From: the human T2T-CHM13v2.0 reference genome, Homo sapiens
Strand: one strand, 5' to 3'
NCBI RefSeq assembly: GCF_009914755.1
Contig: NC_060934.1
Length of the DNA: 64,000 bases
Below the pieces are notes generated by a model. It ran no database searches. It had not been told where the DNA came from and saw only the letters and a program-made list of their open reading frames with translations. The stretch's first letter is position 1. Each line of letters opens with the position of its first letter. Position numbers and translations under genes: made by a program. Below are positions 26,335 through 42,933 of this stretch, piece by piece.

Positions 26335-27394
26335 AGAAATATTAATGTTCATATGTATCTATATATTATCTATATCTGTATATTTTTATATTATAATTTA
26401 AATTATTTCAGTAGAAATTTGAAGTAGGAGTTTTAGGGAGAGGGAAAAAGGAGTGCATGCATTAAACATTCCTTTAGGGTCAAGACGATGGAGCCATTGA
26501 GTACATTTTAATGAATGTGAATGTTATCTGGGCTGCTAGAAAAGAATGAAAAAGCCATACTTAATTGTTTAAGGAAACCATAGAAGAATCTACTGTTGGG
26601 TAAGTTGCTACCCAAATATACATACATTCTTTTTCAAAATATATCCTGAAGTTCATATTTTCCACCATTAAATCTATTCTCTTCCTGCCAGGAAACCTGA
26701 ACTAGAGAGGTTTGGAGGTCTTATGTTGTTACGTGCCAAAAATATAGAAAGTAATTTATGAGAAGGACAAGAATTGTGATACATTACTAAGGCGCATGTA
26801 ATTTTCTAAGTACTAAACTGACAGGTGTTTTATATATATATTTATGTTTTATTGGTAAAGACAGAAAACAAATACATCTTAGTCAAACAGTGTTCCCCGA
26901 CTTACCCCATCAATGCCAAGGGCACAGGAGGGGGTCTGCAGTAACTTCCTGAAGCAAAGCACGGAGGAGAGCAGGTAACCCATGACATGACCTGGCTTGC
27001 GAGCCTTGATGTTTTCTGTGGGTTTCATTCTTTCCTTTGAGATCCCAGGCAAATGACACAACATAGGTTGTAATGGAACCCCTCCTTTTCCTTGTTTAGA
27101 CTCTTGAACATCTCATATTGCTCCTGACTGCCAGCAACCAAATGAAGGGCTTCATTAGTTATAGCTAATTAACTACACACCAGACTGAAGGATTTCTAGC
27201 CAAGGAGTTTGGGGTTGCTTTGGAATAATAGCGAGAAGCTAGTCTTTTGAGTTTTAACTGTTGGATCCCTAGCTTAGAAAGTTACCAGTACCCTTTTTAA
27301 TTTTTTACTCTGTAATGGGCAGGAATAGAAATTATGTACAACAGTGGAAAAGTAGAAGACCATATCAAACCTGATGTACCCATAAGAAGTAGTT

Positions 27395-27722
<328 letters not shown>

Positions 27723-28057
27723 TTAAGTGATCACCCAAGTTGTTGGAGTTTCCTAATCATCAGTTTTTTTCTGTCATTTTGAGCTTCCTGGAATAGGACT
27801 GAATTTGCAAGTTGAATGATTATGCATAAGGCTCAAGAAAAACTTGAAGGCAGATAAAATTGATTTATACTCCTTAGCTCTACCCTACCCTATCTACAGG
27901 TATTTCTTGGCGGTCAGTGAAGGATCAAACAAGAACAGGGTTGGGTAATGCTGTCAGCAGGCCCACTACATCCCATGCCAGGTGCTCATGGCGTCCTGTC
28001 TCTGCTCCTGCCTCACTTTCCACCTCTCTGCCCAGCCCCCATAAATAGTATGTGGGA

Positions 28058-28382
<325 letters not shown>

Positions 28383-30379
28383 GAGTGGGTGGGGCTCCTG
28401 ATGCCTTCGCCATTGTGATTACACAATACTTCTACCTGGACTGCCTTTCTCCCGCTCCCATCCCCACCTTCACCTGGGAGGCATGCTATTGCGTTCCCCA
28501 CAGCACCCAAGTCACCCCGTCATGGCTCTGTCATGCTGCATACACCACTGCTCCTTTAAAGGGTCATTTCTCACTAGACACAGGGGCAGAGACCATGTTG
28601 CGTATTTTCTTCCATGCCCCAAGCCCCAGCACCGGACTTGGCCTATAGCAAGTGACAATGCTTGTTTTTATTAACGAATGAGTACACGATCCCAGGAATC
28701 TCGTTGAAGTCCAGTTCTCCACGTGGCCACCCTTGACTCCCACAGCTGACCTGGGATTGACACCGTGGCCAGCCCTGTTCCTCACCTGATGCCTGCCTGT
28801 AGTCTTCGGCCTTGCTGCTCCAGAACTTTTCATCGTGGCCCCTTTAGGGCCATGGCAGCACAAATACACTTAGTAGGTGAGGCCATGAGGACACCTACCA
28901 CCATTAAGGATGCCTGTGGGGAGTAGGGAGATGGAGGATAGGCTGGTAAGACCCTGCCAGTGCGGGCCTGCCTCAGTGCCTTGGAACGAGGTATTCCCAG
29001 TGCCTCTGAGCTGCATCCCAGTGTGTCCTGAGCACCCATCTGGCCTGGCAAGAAGCAGGCACGAAAGGCATATGGGCCGTAGCCTCTAGCCTCCTGCCAC
29101 CTGCATTCCAAGCCACGTTCCAGTAGCACTTTAACTGAAACATCTAGCTACACAAGATGGGCTGAGCACTCTACACAGATGCTGGTCCATGCAGAAACAA
29201 CCCTACCCCTTCTGCACCTGAAAGGGTTCCCTCTGATTAGAAAAGGTTTGCTTCAAGTTCGGTTATAAAGGAAGGCTTGTGCATAGTTAGTGGGGAAGCC
29301 ACAGGGATGTGCAACTTTTCCCTACAGCCCTGAGGTTCCAGGCACTAAGAACTTGGCACGTCTTTCCATGCTGGCTGAAATCAAAATGAAACCTTCTTTG
29401 ACTTTTGCCCCTTCTGCTGGGGCATTGACATTGGGGTTTGACACTGGCTCAGACAGTCAAATCTGGAAGCCAAACCTTAGAAGCCAAATCTTAGGGTGGC
29501 ATTAGGACTAAGCTGAGAATAAATTCTCGGTGATCCCATTCATCTGCCTCCCAGTGTACTAAAGTAGGACTTTGAACCTTCCAGAAACCTGATATGTTGG
29601 CAATTTCTCAAGCTTTGACTCTTTCTTCCCCATTGCCTCTAAACCCTAGCTTGAATTTTACTGGCTGCCTTATAATTGCTATTTGTTAAAAATCAAAACG
29701 ATTTTCCATCCTGGTAAAATGGTAAAAATATCAGTAGTTTGCAGACAGTAAATATCTGTCTTTAATACTTCAAAAACAAGCCATATTTGCCTCCTGCCTG
29801 TTTTCCTTATGAGGGAATTATGCTGTGGGGTGGTAGAGTGAGAAGGGTTAAATCACTGGGGACCCACCTTCCCTCGTTCCTCATGGAATTTAGATGAATG
29901 TGCTCTTGCTAAATTCTCCAGAACGTGTATGTGCGTCACCCCCACGCTGCCCGGCCCGGAGGTGGCTGGAAGTCTCACTTTGTTTTTCATCTGCTGGGTG
30001 GTGACCAGCAGAGAGCACTGAGCGGACTGTTCTTTCCAATGCTATAAAAAGCCTGTTTGCAAAATGAGGATTTCTGCTTCCAGGGGCTGAATTCCACGTC
30101 TGCATTATGCTTGCTGGGTGGGTACCAGGCACAGTCTGTGGCTTGGTCGTAGCCTTTGCCATGTCTTTTGATGATGTGACATGCCTGAGACACATGGTGG
30201 AGCTCTGCAGGTGGTGAGCAGCCACGAGGCTGTGCTTGCATGCTGGAGCAGAACCTTGTTACTGCTGATTGAATAGTCTCGCAGACCCCTTTTCTGTCAA
30301 ACGCAAAGCCATGTGTTTTTGTTCCATGTGGAAAATCACACACATTCTCTAGCATATTACATTGTCATTATGTCAACAT

Positions 30380-32660
<2,281 letters not shown>

Positions 32661-32943
32661 ATTTTATCACACGTTTGATTACTTTTATTAATGCAACTTT
32701 CATTAAACAACCAGAAATTTTTGTTTTAAGACTCATCTGGTAATTCTTTTCTATCAGAGCAGGGTTAAAGTTTGCTTTGAAAATGATCACATGGAGATCA
32801 AACTCTCTTTAGCGAATGGGTAGACTGAATCCAAGGCTTTTTTTTTTTTTTAACATTTAAATGCCCTCTCCACAAGCCCCACCACAAAGTTATTTTGAAA
32901 ATACGAATTCAGTACTATTCGATACAAGAAAATGTTGGTGTAG

Positions 32944-33282
<339 letters not shown>

Positions 33283-35639
33283 TAATTGATAGAATCATTG
33301 TCCCCTTATTTAGACTCAAGGCTTTTGTTGGAATAAATGTTTTCCCTTCCTTCTTGTTTGTGTTAGGCTTTCTTCTTTTCTTTGCCTTTTAATGTTCTTT
33401 CAAACAAATAGAAGACTGAGTGCATTCGCTCAGACATCTTCATTTGTTCAAATAAACTCAATTTTTTCAGACAGACTTGAACAAATGGAGAGACAGTTCG
33501 TGTGTCACCTAGGTAAAGGCTGTCTGCTAGGGGTCCTTCAACAAGCAAAACCAAGGTCCCTGCACACATGGAGTTCATATTCTAGTGAGGAGAGACATAA
33601 ACAATTTATGCAATTTGTGTCAACCTGATTGGTGCATGGAGAAGGCAGAAAAGGAGGGAAGGAAGTGAGCCAGGTGGTCAGCTGGCAGAGAAGCGTTCCG
33701 TAGAGGGTACAGGTAGAGTACAATCCTGAAGGGTGCAGACCTTTTAGTTCTGCATCTTGGTGGTCATATGTATTGGAAGAGCTTGAGAAAAATGAAAATA
33801 CCATTTAGCTTAAGAAGTTGTGAGTTATCTGCAAGTCAACTCATTTCAGGAGTGGAAGAATCCCCGGAATGATTTCCTAATATCAAAATGTATGCAGGTT
33901 TCTCTTTTGAATGTCTTGTATATTTAGAGAGGGTGCTGTACAAAGTCTCTTGTTTTCCATACAGCAAATTCCAGGATCCCTTGCTGGATACTGTGGCTGG
34001 AGCAATGTGAGCAACAGAGGCAGAGTCCGGGAGGTGATGTGGGGCTGGGGCACTCATCATGGCCTTATAGGTCTGCGCCTTGGTCCACATTCGTACTGCA
34101 GTTATTGTTTTTATTTGTGATAATGATTTTATACTAAATAATGGTGATATTCCTACCATATTTACCACGTAGTAGTGTCTGAGGTTTCTGATTCTTTCGA
34201 ACAAATGCCTCCTGTTGACCCTGTTTCCATTTAACCAATCAACCTAGATTTCTGCTTTTTGCCCCTTCATGACACCAACACAGTGGGTTGAAATTCAAAA
34301 CAAGTGGACTTCATTTCATGATCTCATGTGCTTCTTATTTAAACAGGAAATAGGAGCATTGCATTTGACAACTTTTAACTGTGTAGCCAGATAATTAGCT
34401 TGTGAAAAACATACTCAGTTTTACAAACAAGTCGTGATTCTGGAAAGTAAAATTAGTCATTATAGTACTACTTTGCGGATTTACCTCCCACTGCATGCTG
34501 TTAAGATCTCATCTAAGCAAGATTAATAAAAAATAAAAAATCTTGACTAAACATCTGTTGCAAAGTGACTTTCAATTTGGCTCTTCACCATGTGACTGGT
34601 GATTAGAGTTTTTGGTTTAGGTTAAGGGGATTTGATTTGATTTGGCATGGTCCCTTTTTAATTTTATGTATGAGGCAAATAACTGAAATGTCCCTGATTG
34701 TCATAAGTGAAAAAATGTCATTAAAATATTTGAATTTTGTTCAAGGAGATTAATCTCTATAAACCAATGTTTTGTATTCCCTAATTAGAATTATGGTAGT
34801 CACCAGTATGATCAATGCTAAGTGTTTATTTGGTAATTAGGAAGTGCAAGCTCTAAATTTTGATAAGATTGATGAAATGGCCTCTTCTCATATTTTCATT
34901 ATGTCCGTATAAACATAACTTAGAAGTTGGAAATATGAATTTTGTCTACATAACAGTGGACATGCTACAACAAACAAATATATAGCTACAAACAAAGCTA
35001 TATATTTACATTGATATCCCCTTGATTATTTTTCTCAATGAGCAGACATTCAAGAGATTTTTTTCCCCCACAAAATGTGATGTGAAACATCTACAATGTA
35101 TACTTGCCAAGTGCATAACTATTAACTTACTCCAGGTACCAGATGGTCTTATTAAGATACTAATTAATGTCAACTCTGACAAGTGAAGCTAATGTTTAAA
35201 TTCAGCTGCCAGTAAGTTCTCTGTCAGAGCACTCCCAATAGAATGTGAGTTATATGCGGGCTTCTAGAACAATGTCCAAAACACAGTGTGCCTTCGCAAA
35301 GGTTTCAGCGAACGGATAAATACTGTGGCTACATTCCCTTTCTAGGAAATAAGAATTATAAAAAATGTTGATCTTCTAAGTTTAATTTTATTATAGTTTG
35401 ACCTTACATATAAGTTGTGTTTTGAAGGTACCATTCTTCCCTTCTTAGTAAAAATGTAACAGCATCCATACGATGTGATTTCGGCTGCTCCATTTTATTG
35501 TTGATCTACTTGTTCTTCAATAATAGAACTCTTGTTTTATAATAATTTCCATACCATGTTTGTTAACCAATAATATCCATAACCATAACTTGAGGCACTT
35601 TGTTATAGCTGATCCTGAGGTTAGGAATACTTCCTTGAC

Positions 35640-36400
35640 ATGATACATACAGTATATTAAACCAACATTCAAAATAATAGTTAAAAATTAGACACTAAAA
35701 GCGTGCCCATTAAAATCACTTAAGAAAACAGGCGCTTGCTGTCATTATTATAATTTGACATTACCGTGATAGTGCGGCCTGAGGAGTAAGTCTAGAAGCA
35801 GAATTAAGACCTACAGTGATTAGAAAAGACAACACAAAAATATTGACAGATGTTGGTTTGATGTATTTAGAAACCCTCTCCAAAGTGGGGGAAAAATAGT
35901 TTGGAAGTAATAGGAGAATTCTGTAGGTTCAATTGCAAAATGTACACATCAAATTCAATAGTTTACCCTAATATACAAATAAAAATACACAAAATGTTCA
36001 AAGGGTTATTTAAAAAAGCACTCCCTCCAAAAGACACAAAAATAAAAGGAGCTGTTAAAGATCCGTATGATGAAAACCACAAAACATTCCTGAAATGGCA
36101 TAAAAATAGACTTGAACAAATGGAGAGACAGTTTGCATGTCTAAGTGGGAAGGCTGATATTGTAAGCCTCTTCAATTAATTTAAAAATTCAATGGAATTC
36201 CAATTTGAATCCCAATAGGACCTTGTTTCAGACTCAATAATGTGTTTCTAAAGTACATGCAAAAGAATAAATTGGCAGGAATACTCAAGAAAAATGTGAA
36301 AAACAAGGGTAATGTGAAGTAGGCCTTGCAATACTGAATAGCAAAACCATTTGAAAGCTACAATAAAGTATTAATTAAATTGAAAGTACTCTGTTTCTAT
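35640..36400 (+). mobile_element. Old L1M ORF2 remnant
   Basis: AAATAGACTTGAACAAATGGAGAGACA and AAATTCAATGGAATTCCAAT resemble L1 ORF2 sequence. Confidence 0.7.
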
Positions 36401-36489
36401 ATAAGTGTAAGAGCAAGAAGGAATCCTTTCAAATACAACATTAATTACATATGGCTTATAGGACATGGTGATTTTCAGATTTTCTTCTT

Positions 36490-36792
36490 TATTTTAAAAT
36501 ATATAAAATATATACTTTATATTTTATACATATAAAGTATATGGATTTTATACATAAAAAGTAAATAATATATGTACATTTTATACATATATAATAAATA
36601 CATATAAGTATATATACTGTATAAAGCATATATACTTATACATAAATCTATATAAAGTATACTTTATATACTTTGTATGTATAGAATACTTTATATATGT
36701 ATACTTTAAACATTATATACTTTGTATACTTTATAAAGTATAAAATACGTATATTTTATACATTATAAATGATATACTTTATATTTTATATA
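36490..36792. repeat. AT-rich low-complexity tract with TATACTTTA-type units
   Basis: Almost entirely A/T; repeated TATACTTTAT motifs. Confidence 0.85.
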
Positions 36793-38330
36793 GTAACATC
36801 CATTCTTCTTCCTTCTAAATTTTGACAGACAATACAGTTGTGTAGCCACTACCAAATACAAGATTTAGAATATTTCCATTTCCGTAAAAATATTTCTCAT
36901 GCCCCTCCATAGTCAGTTCTCTCTTCTTTGTCACTCTAGTACTGCCTTTTCTAGAACGACATAAAAATGGATTCATACAGTGTCTAGCCTTCTGTATCTG
37001 GCTTATTTTGCTTAGCATGATGTGTTGGAGATTCACTCATGTTTATTTACCAGTAGTTTGTTCCTCATTCTTGCTGAGTACTATTCATCATGCAGATATG
37101 CCATAATTTATTTGTTTATTTAGTAGGTAGTAGGTGTTTGGAGTGTCCCCTATGTGTGGCAATTATGAAGAAAGCTCTATAAATACTTGTATAGAAGTCT
37201 CTGTGTGGGCATATCTTTTCATTTCTCTTGGGTGAATTCTTAGAAGCAGCGTGGTTGGGTCATGAGGTGAGTATATTATCAGCTGTATATGAAGCTGCCA
37301 AACTATTTCCTAAAATGGCTTTACCATTTTGCCTTCAGACCAGCAACATGAGTTTCCATTGTTCTGCATCTTTGTGGTGGTTGTTTTTTTTTTAATTTTA
37401 GCCATTCTAATAGGTATATAGTTATATTTCAGTGTGGTTTTAACTTGCGTGTTCCTATTGACTAGTAAGATAGACCATGCTTTCATGTGCATCTTGGCCA
37501 TTTGTGTTCCTTTTTTGATTAAATATCTGCTCACATTTTTTGCCAATTTTTGGTGGGTTATTTTCTTCTTATTGGTTTTTGAGAGTTTGTCATATACTGC
37601 GGATGGAAACCCTTTGTCAGATAGGTGTTTTTAAAAATATTTTCTCCAGTTCTGCAGTCTGTCTTTTTACTTTCTGTATAGTGTCATTCAAAGACCAAAA
37701 ATTTTTAATTTTGATTTAAGTTCAATTTATCAATTTTAAAATTTTATGTTTCATGCTTTTTGTATCCTAAGAAATATATTCCTATGCCTAGGTCACAAAA
37801 GTTTTCTATGTTTTCTTTAAAAAGTTTTGTTGTTTTAAGTTTTGCATTTAAATCTATGATACATTTTGAGTCAATTTTTGTATACGGTTTAAGGTATGGC
37901 TCCTTTCTTTCTCCCTCCCTCCCCCTCTCCCCTCCCCTCCTTCCCTCTCTCCTTCCCTCCCTCCTTTGCTCCCTCCCTACTTCCCTCCCTCCCATCCTCC
38001 TTCCTTCCCTTCCTTCCTTGGTATTTGGGTATCCAACTGTTTCGGCACCATTTGTTGAAAGTACAGTTTGCACATTGATCCTTCTTGACACAGGTTTTTT
38101 TTTTTTTTTTTTTTTTGAAATCAGTTAACCCTATGTGTGCAGCCAGTTTGTTTTATTTGTCTGTCTGTCCTTTCCAGTACCACACTGTCTTGATATCTGT
38201 AGTTTTATAATAAGTCTTAACCATATTGAGTCTTCCATTCCATGAATATGGTATATTCCTCCAATTTTTAGGTCTTATTTGACTCCCGTGTCAATGTTTT
38301 GTGTGTTTCAGTATACAATTTTGTGACTTT
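36793..38330 (-). mobile_element. L1MC/MD-type element
   Basis: Antisense L1 3' and ORF2 motifs (TTTTAGCCATTCTAATAGGTATATAG, GGCACCATTTGTTGAAA). Confidence 0.85.
37901..38018. repeat. (CCTC/CCTT)n polypyrimidine tract
   Basis: Near-pure C/T tract inside the L1. Confidence 0.9.
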
Positions 38331-38389
38331 AAAATATTCTTCTGTATATGGTTTTGTGTTTTATTCTTCATCACCATCATCATCACCAC

Positions 38390-38610
38390 CATTCATTTAT
38401 GTAGCCAGCCACTGTGCAAATATCCTTAAATACATATCTAATTAAACTTTTCAAGAATTCCAGATTTTAGAATCATGATCCGAGTTTTACAGATGAGGAA
38501 AACGAGGCTCAGAAAGGTTAAATAGCCTGTTAAAATTTATACAGCAAACGTACCCTTGGTCAAGTGATTATTCCAAATTGTCTGCCTTTGAAACCTTTAC
38601 TCTTGACTCC
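38390..38610 (-). mobile_element. MIR
   Basis: TTTTACAGATGAGGAAAACGAGGCTCAGAAAGGTTAAATAGC is the MIR core. Confidence 0.8.
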
Positions 38611-38667
38611 TAAACTAATTTTGTATCATTTATCTATATAACTTTTGCCTTAAGACCAAAAAATATT

Positions 38668-38972
<305 letters not shown>

Positions 38973-39479
38973 GACAAAGAGTATTATAAACTAATGAAAA
39001 GAGCGAGGGTGATGTTGGGATCCATATTTGGCAGGGAAGCAAGATATTTGTACTCTTTCTTACAACTTCCACTGTATTTTGTTAAGACCTGAATACACCT
39101 CTACAGTGGACAGTCCAAATAAATAAGCCATTCCCGTACTTAAGAAGCATGCATATGGTGGAGCTTTATGTGCAAAAGCAACAAAGCCCTCTAGTTATAT
39201 TTTAGCTCCTCAGATACTTTTCTGAGTGATTATTCCTGCTGCTTAAATCTCTGTACTACTCCCTTTTGCCCAAGTTAAAATACCTAAATCATTGGTTGTA
39301 GTTCTATTATTGTATTCAGTAATAGTTCCTTTGATTGGAAAAGAAATACCTCCTTTTTAGAATTCCCTGGCAGTCTGTAATAACTCCCTTTTATAATATT
39401 TGTAACATTGTGTCTTAATTAATTGTTGTCATATAAGTCTTCTCACTAGATTGTGAGTAGAAGCTGTTTTCCTTTGGCT

Positions 39480-40320
39480 TTTTGAGATGTTTCATATGTA
39501 CAAAAATGTTGAATCAGTATTAGTGTTAAACACACGTACCCACCTAAATTCACTACATATTAACATTTTGCCATGTCTGCATTATCCCTGCATGTGTAAA
39601 CTTTCTTTTCTGACATACCAAAAAGTTGGTCACAGACACAGGGACACATCATTCCTCGCTTCATGCAACTCCTATGAATAACTGCTCTGTAGGCACAGGA
39701 ATATTATGATGCCTATGAAAATGAACAATGATTCCCGAATAGAATGTAAGATCTCTTCCCTGTGAGGTTTTCCCTTTGACCTTAAGGGTCCCCACCATTT
39801 GTCTTGTCAAATGCTGTATACTCTGAATCTGTCTATTCATTTCCTCATGATGGAACATTTTTGGCAAAAAAAGTAACTACTTAAGTGATCCTGTGTGCTT
39901 AGCATTCTACCTAAAGGCCCATACTATAATTAGGAAGAATCTATAGGGTGTTGTTTTCAGATTGAGTGAGTGTCTTCGTCCCCAAAGACCTTTTACCTCG
40001 AGGTTTCAGTGCCCATTGAGGAGCCTCCTCTGGACCAACCATTCCTTTAGGAGTTGAAACCTTCAGTTATCAAGTTCTCTTCTTCATTCCGTGTTTTTTT
40101 GGCTCATAGTCTTCCGTAGGTCACAGCTTTACTTTTGCCCTCAACCCTGCCACGTCGCCTATATGTCTGTGTAGACACATGGATTTTTTTCTCATTCAAT
40201 TTGCTACATTTGTTTGTTGTCATCGTTCATTTTGATATTCAGATTGTCTCAAGCATCCCACACGTGGCCAGGGGAGCCTCCCCACACCACCTCCTGTGTC
40301 CTTTTGACATGGCCCCACTA
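39480..40320 (-). mobile_element. Old L1MC/ME-like 3' fragments
   Basis: ATTAACATTTTGCCATG and TTTTGATATTCAGATTGTC motifs; degenerate. Confidence 0.5.
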
Positions 40321-42636
40321 GCCTAGAAGAAAGACGTGACCCAGCCTCCCACTGAGGTCATTCTGGTCAGGGGCTGTTTTTATCTCCTGCTGACCTACTC
40401 TTGGGAACTCAATGATGTCAACACACTGCACACTCATTGAATGTTGGTTGAGTGTTGCACTTGGCAGTGCTCTTCATGGTTTTGAATCTTCTTGTCATTT
40501 TAGCCTTATCCCCTCCATTTCTCATGACCCATTCTAGAAGGACCCATTTAGGGAAGCTTCAATTTCCCCTGGGGTGTGGGGAAAGTGAGACAAGGGGTGG
40601 AAGTAGAACCTCAGTGGGTTGTGCTTCCTGTGTTGATGCTTTCCTGCACACCCTGCTGGACAGGTACAGGGCTACTGCAGAATTCCTCGTGGGTTCCCAC
40701 AAATTGAGTCTCAGTCCACCACAGTAGGCGATTTTGAAAATAAGCATTAGGCATTTATGACTAAAATCACTTTGGTAGCTTATGTAGTTGTAAGTAGATA
40801 AGCTATTGGATGATCACTTGTCATGTGCAGTGTTTGAGCATACAACCGCATACAACATATGTATGTATTATGAGTACATACATATTTATAAGAAATACCA
40901 TAAAAGATTATCTATGTTTTTATTTACTATAATCTCATATTTCAAAGTATCTTTTATTCTCCTTACGATTCATTTATTTAATGTTTTAGTACTTTATAAT
41001 ACTTAAGTATCATCATAAATATTTAATACTTAATATTTAATGATGTGTGTGACATTTCTCCTTAATACATCATCCAACCAATGTTAACAATGTTGAGGAC
41101 AGTATCCTTTTATGATTTATGTAAGGCATTCCATTTTAGCTAAGAAAGAGTTTCAACTTTCATTTATAACAATGATAATTGTAGTGTCCTTTATCTATGA
41201 AAGTCAGTTTAAAAACACGTATAGACATATTGATCTTCTCTTGAATAATAAGAGTTTTTTTAAGACCGAGTTACGCTCGTTTCTATTATAGTGTGTTTTC
41301 AGATCCTCTATATCATGCGATAAGACTTCGAAAATTCTAAACTCTCTAAGGCTCTATTATTACGTGATATATTGAGTATATAAAAATAACGTATAAAATT
41401 TTCTGCTTTGCTGTCTTGCTTTAGGATCAAATGAATTATATTAAGAAGCTGCAAACAAAGTATATAGTCCTCATTACACCATAAACTATAATTTTGTATG
41501 TAATATTTGATTATAATTTATTTTTATACTTCATAACAAATGTGAATATGTGTTTAAATTATTATACTTTATAAGTAGCAAATAACTGTTATGGGTAATT
41601 TAAGATCCAGATATTCCCTTTTGGTATATTTGTCCAATAAACATCTTCTGCAATTACTGCCACTATAAAAATGAAATCGATTTTGTTTTTAAATTATATT
41701 TCTTTCCTTATAGTGCCTGGAATGGTATGAGATACTAGTACTCTATAAATTCAACTAAGCACTCAGTTTAAATTTAAGATACAGGTTTAATTTTGTTGTT
41801 AGTAGTTCCAAATAGCTAAAAGATGACATTAGTGTAAGTTATTTTCTGTTTTATATAGTTTTGGCTTTTTTTTTTTTTTAACAAACATTCCTCACTCTAA
41901 AGTTCTTTATAAAATAAAGAAATTGTAATATTTGGGAGATTAAATGAGTAAAAATTAATTATATATTGAATAAAGGCATCATGGGAATGAATTCATCTTT
42001 AAATGAAAAAAGGAACAATTTCACCATGGGTTGTTTATATGGGAAAGGTTTTATGAGTTCACTGATGAGAATGGACACCCATTTTCCGGTGAGCTTCAGT
42101 TTTAACAATAATACCTGAATCAGCCTTTTTATTATGTCTTATGCTTAATCAAATATTTAATTAATAAAACGTGACATACTTTTTGAGGGCACAGCGATGA
42201 CTCCTGACATTCAATGTATGCGGCACTGCACACTATCCTCTGTCCTCATTTTACAACATCGTTCTTTCTATATTTTTAATTATTCTTTCTTTCTTATACT
42301 CCCCGCCCCCTTAATCTTAAAAGGATTTTGAGGTAGCTTTAAAGAAATTCTATATAATATGAAAACACATGTGTGAGAAAATCAAAGCAACAAGGAGAAG
42401 CTATCTCATTTCTATTTCAACAAATATAAGTGAAAGAACAATGTTACAAGGATTATAGAATTTTGCAAGATTTTTCCAAGTATGTTATTATTTTAAATCT
42501 GAGAAATATGATAGTTATAAGGGCAAATCGTTTGACTTGTCCTGAAAATCACTAAGCTGGGGGAGGAATATAAGGAAGATATGATGATCATGAATATAAT
42601 CTCATATCTACCTGAGGATAGTAATTATAGTTCTTT

Positions 42637-42933
<297 letters not shown>

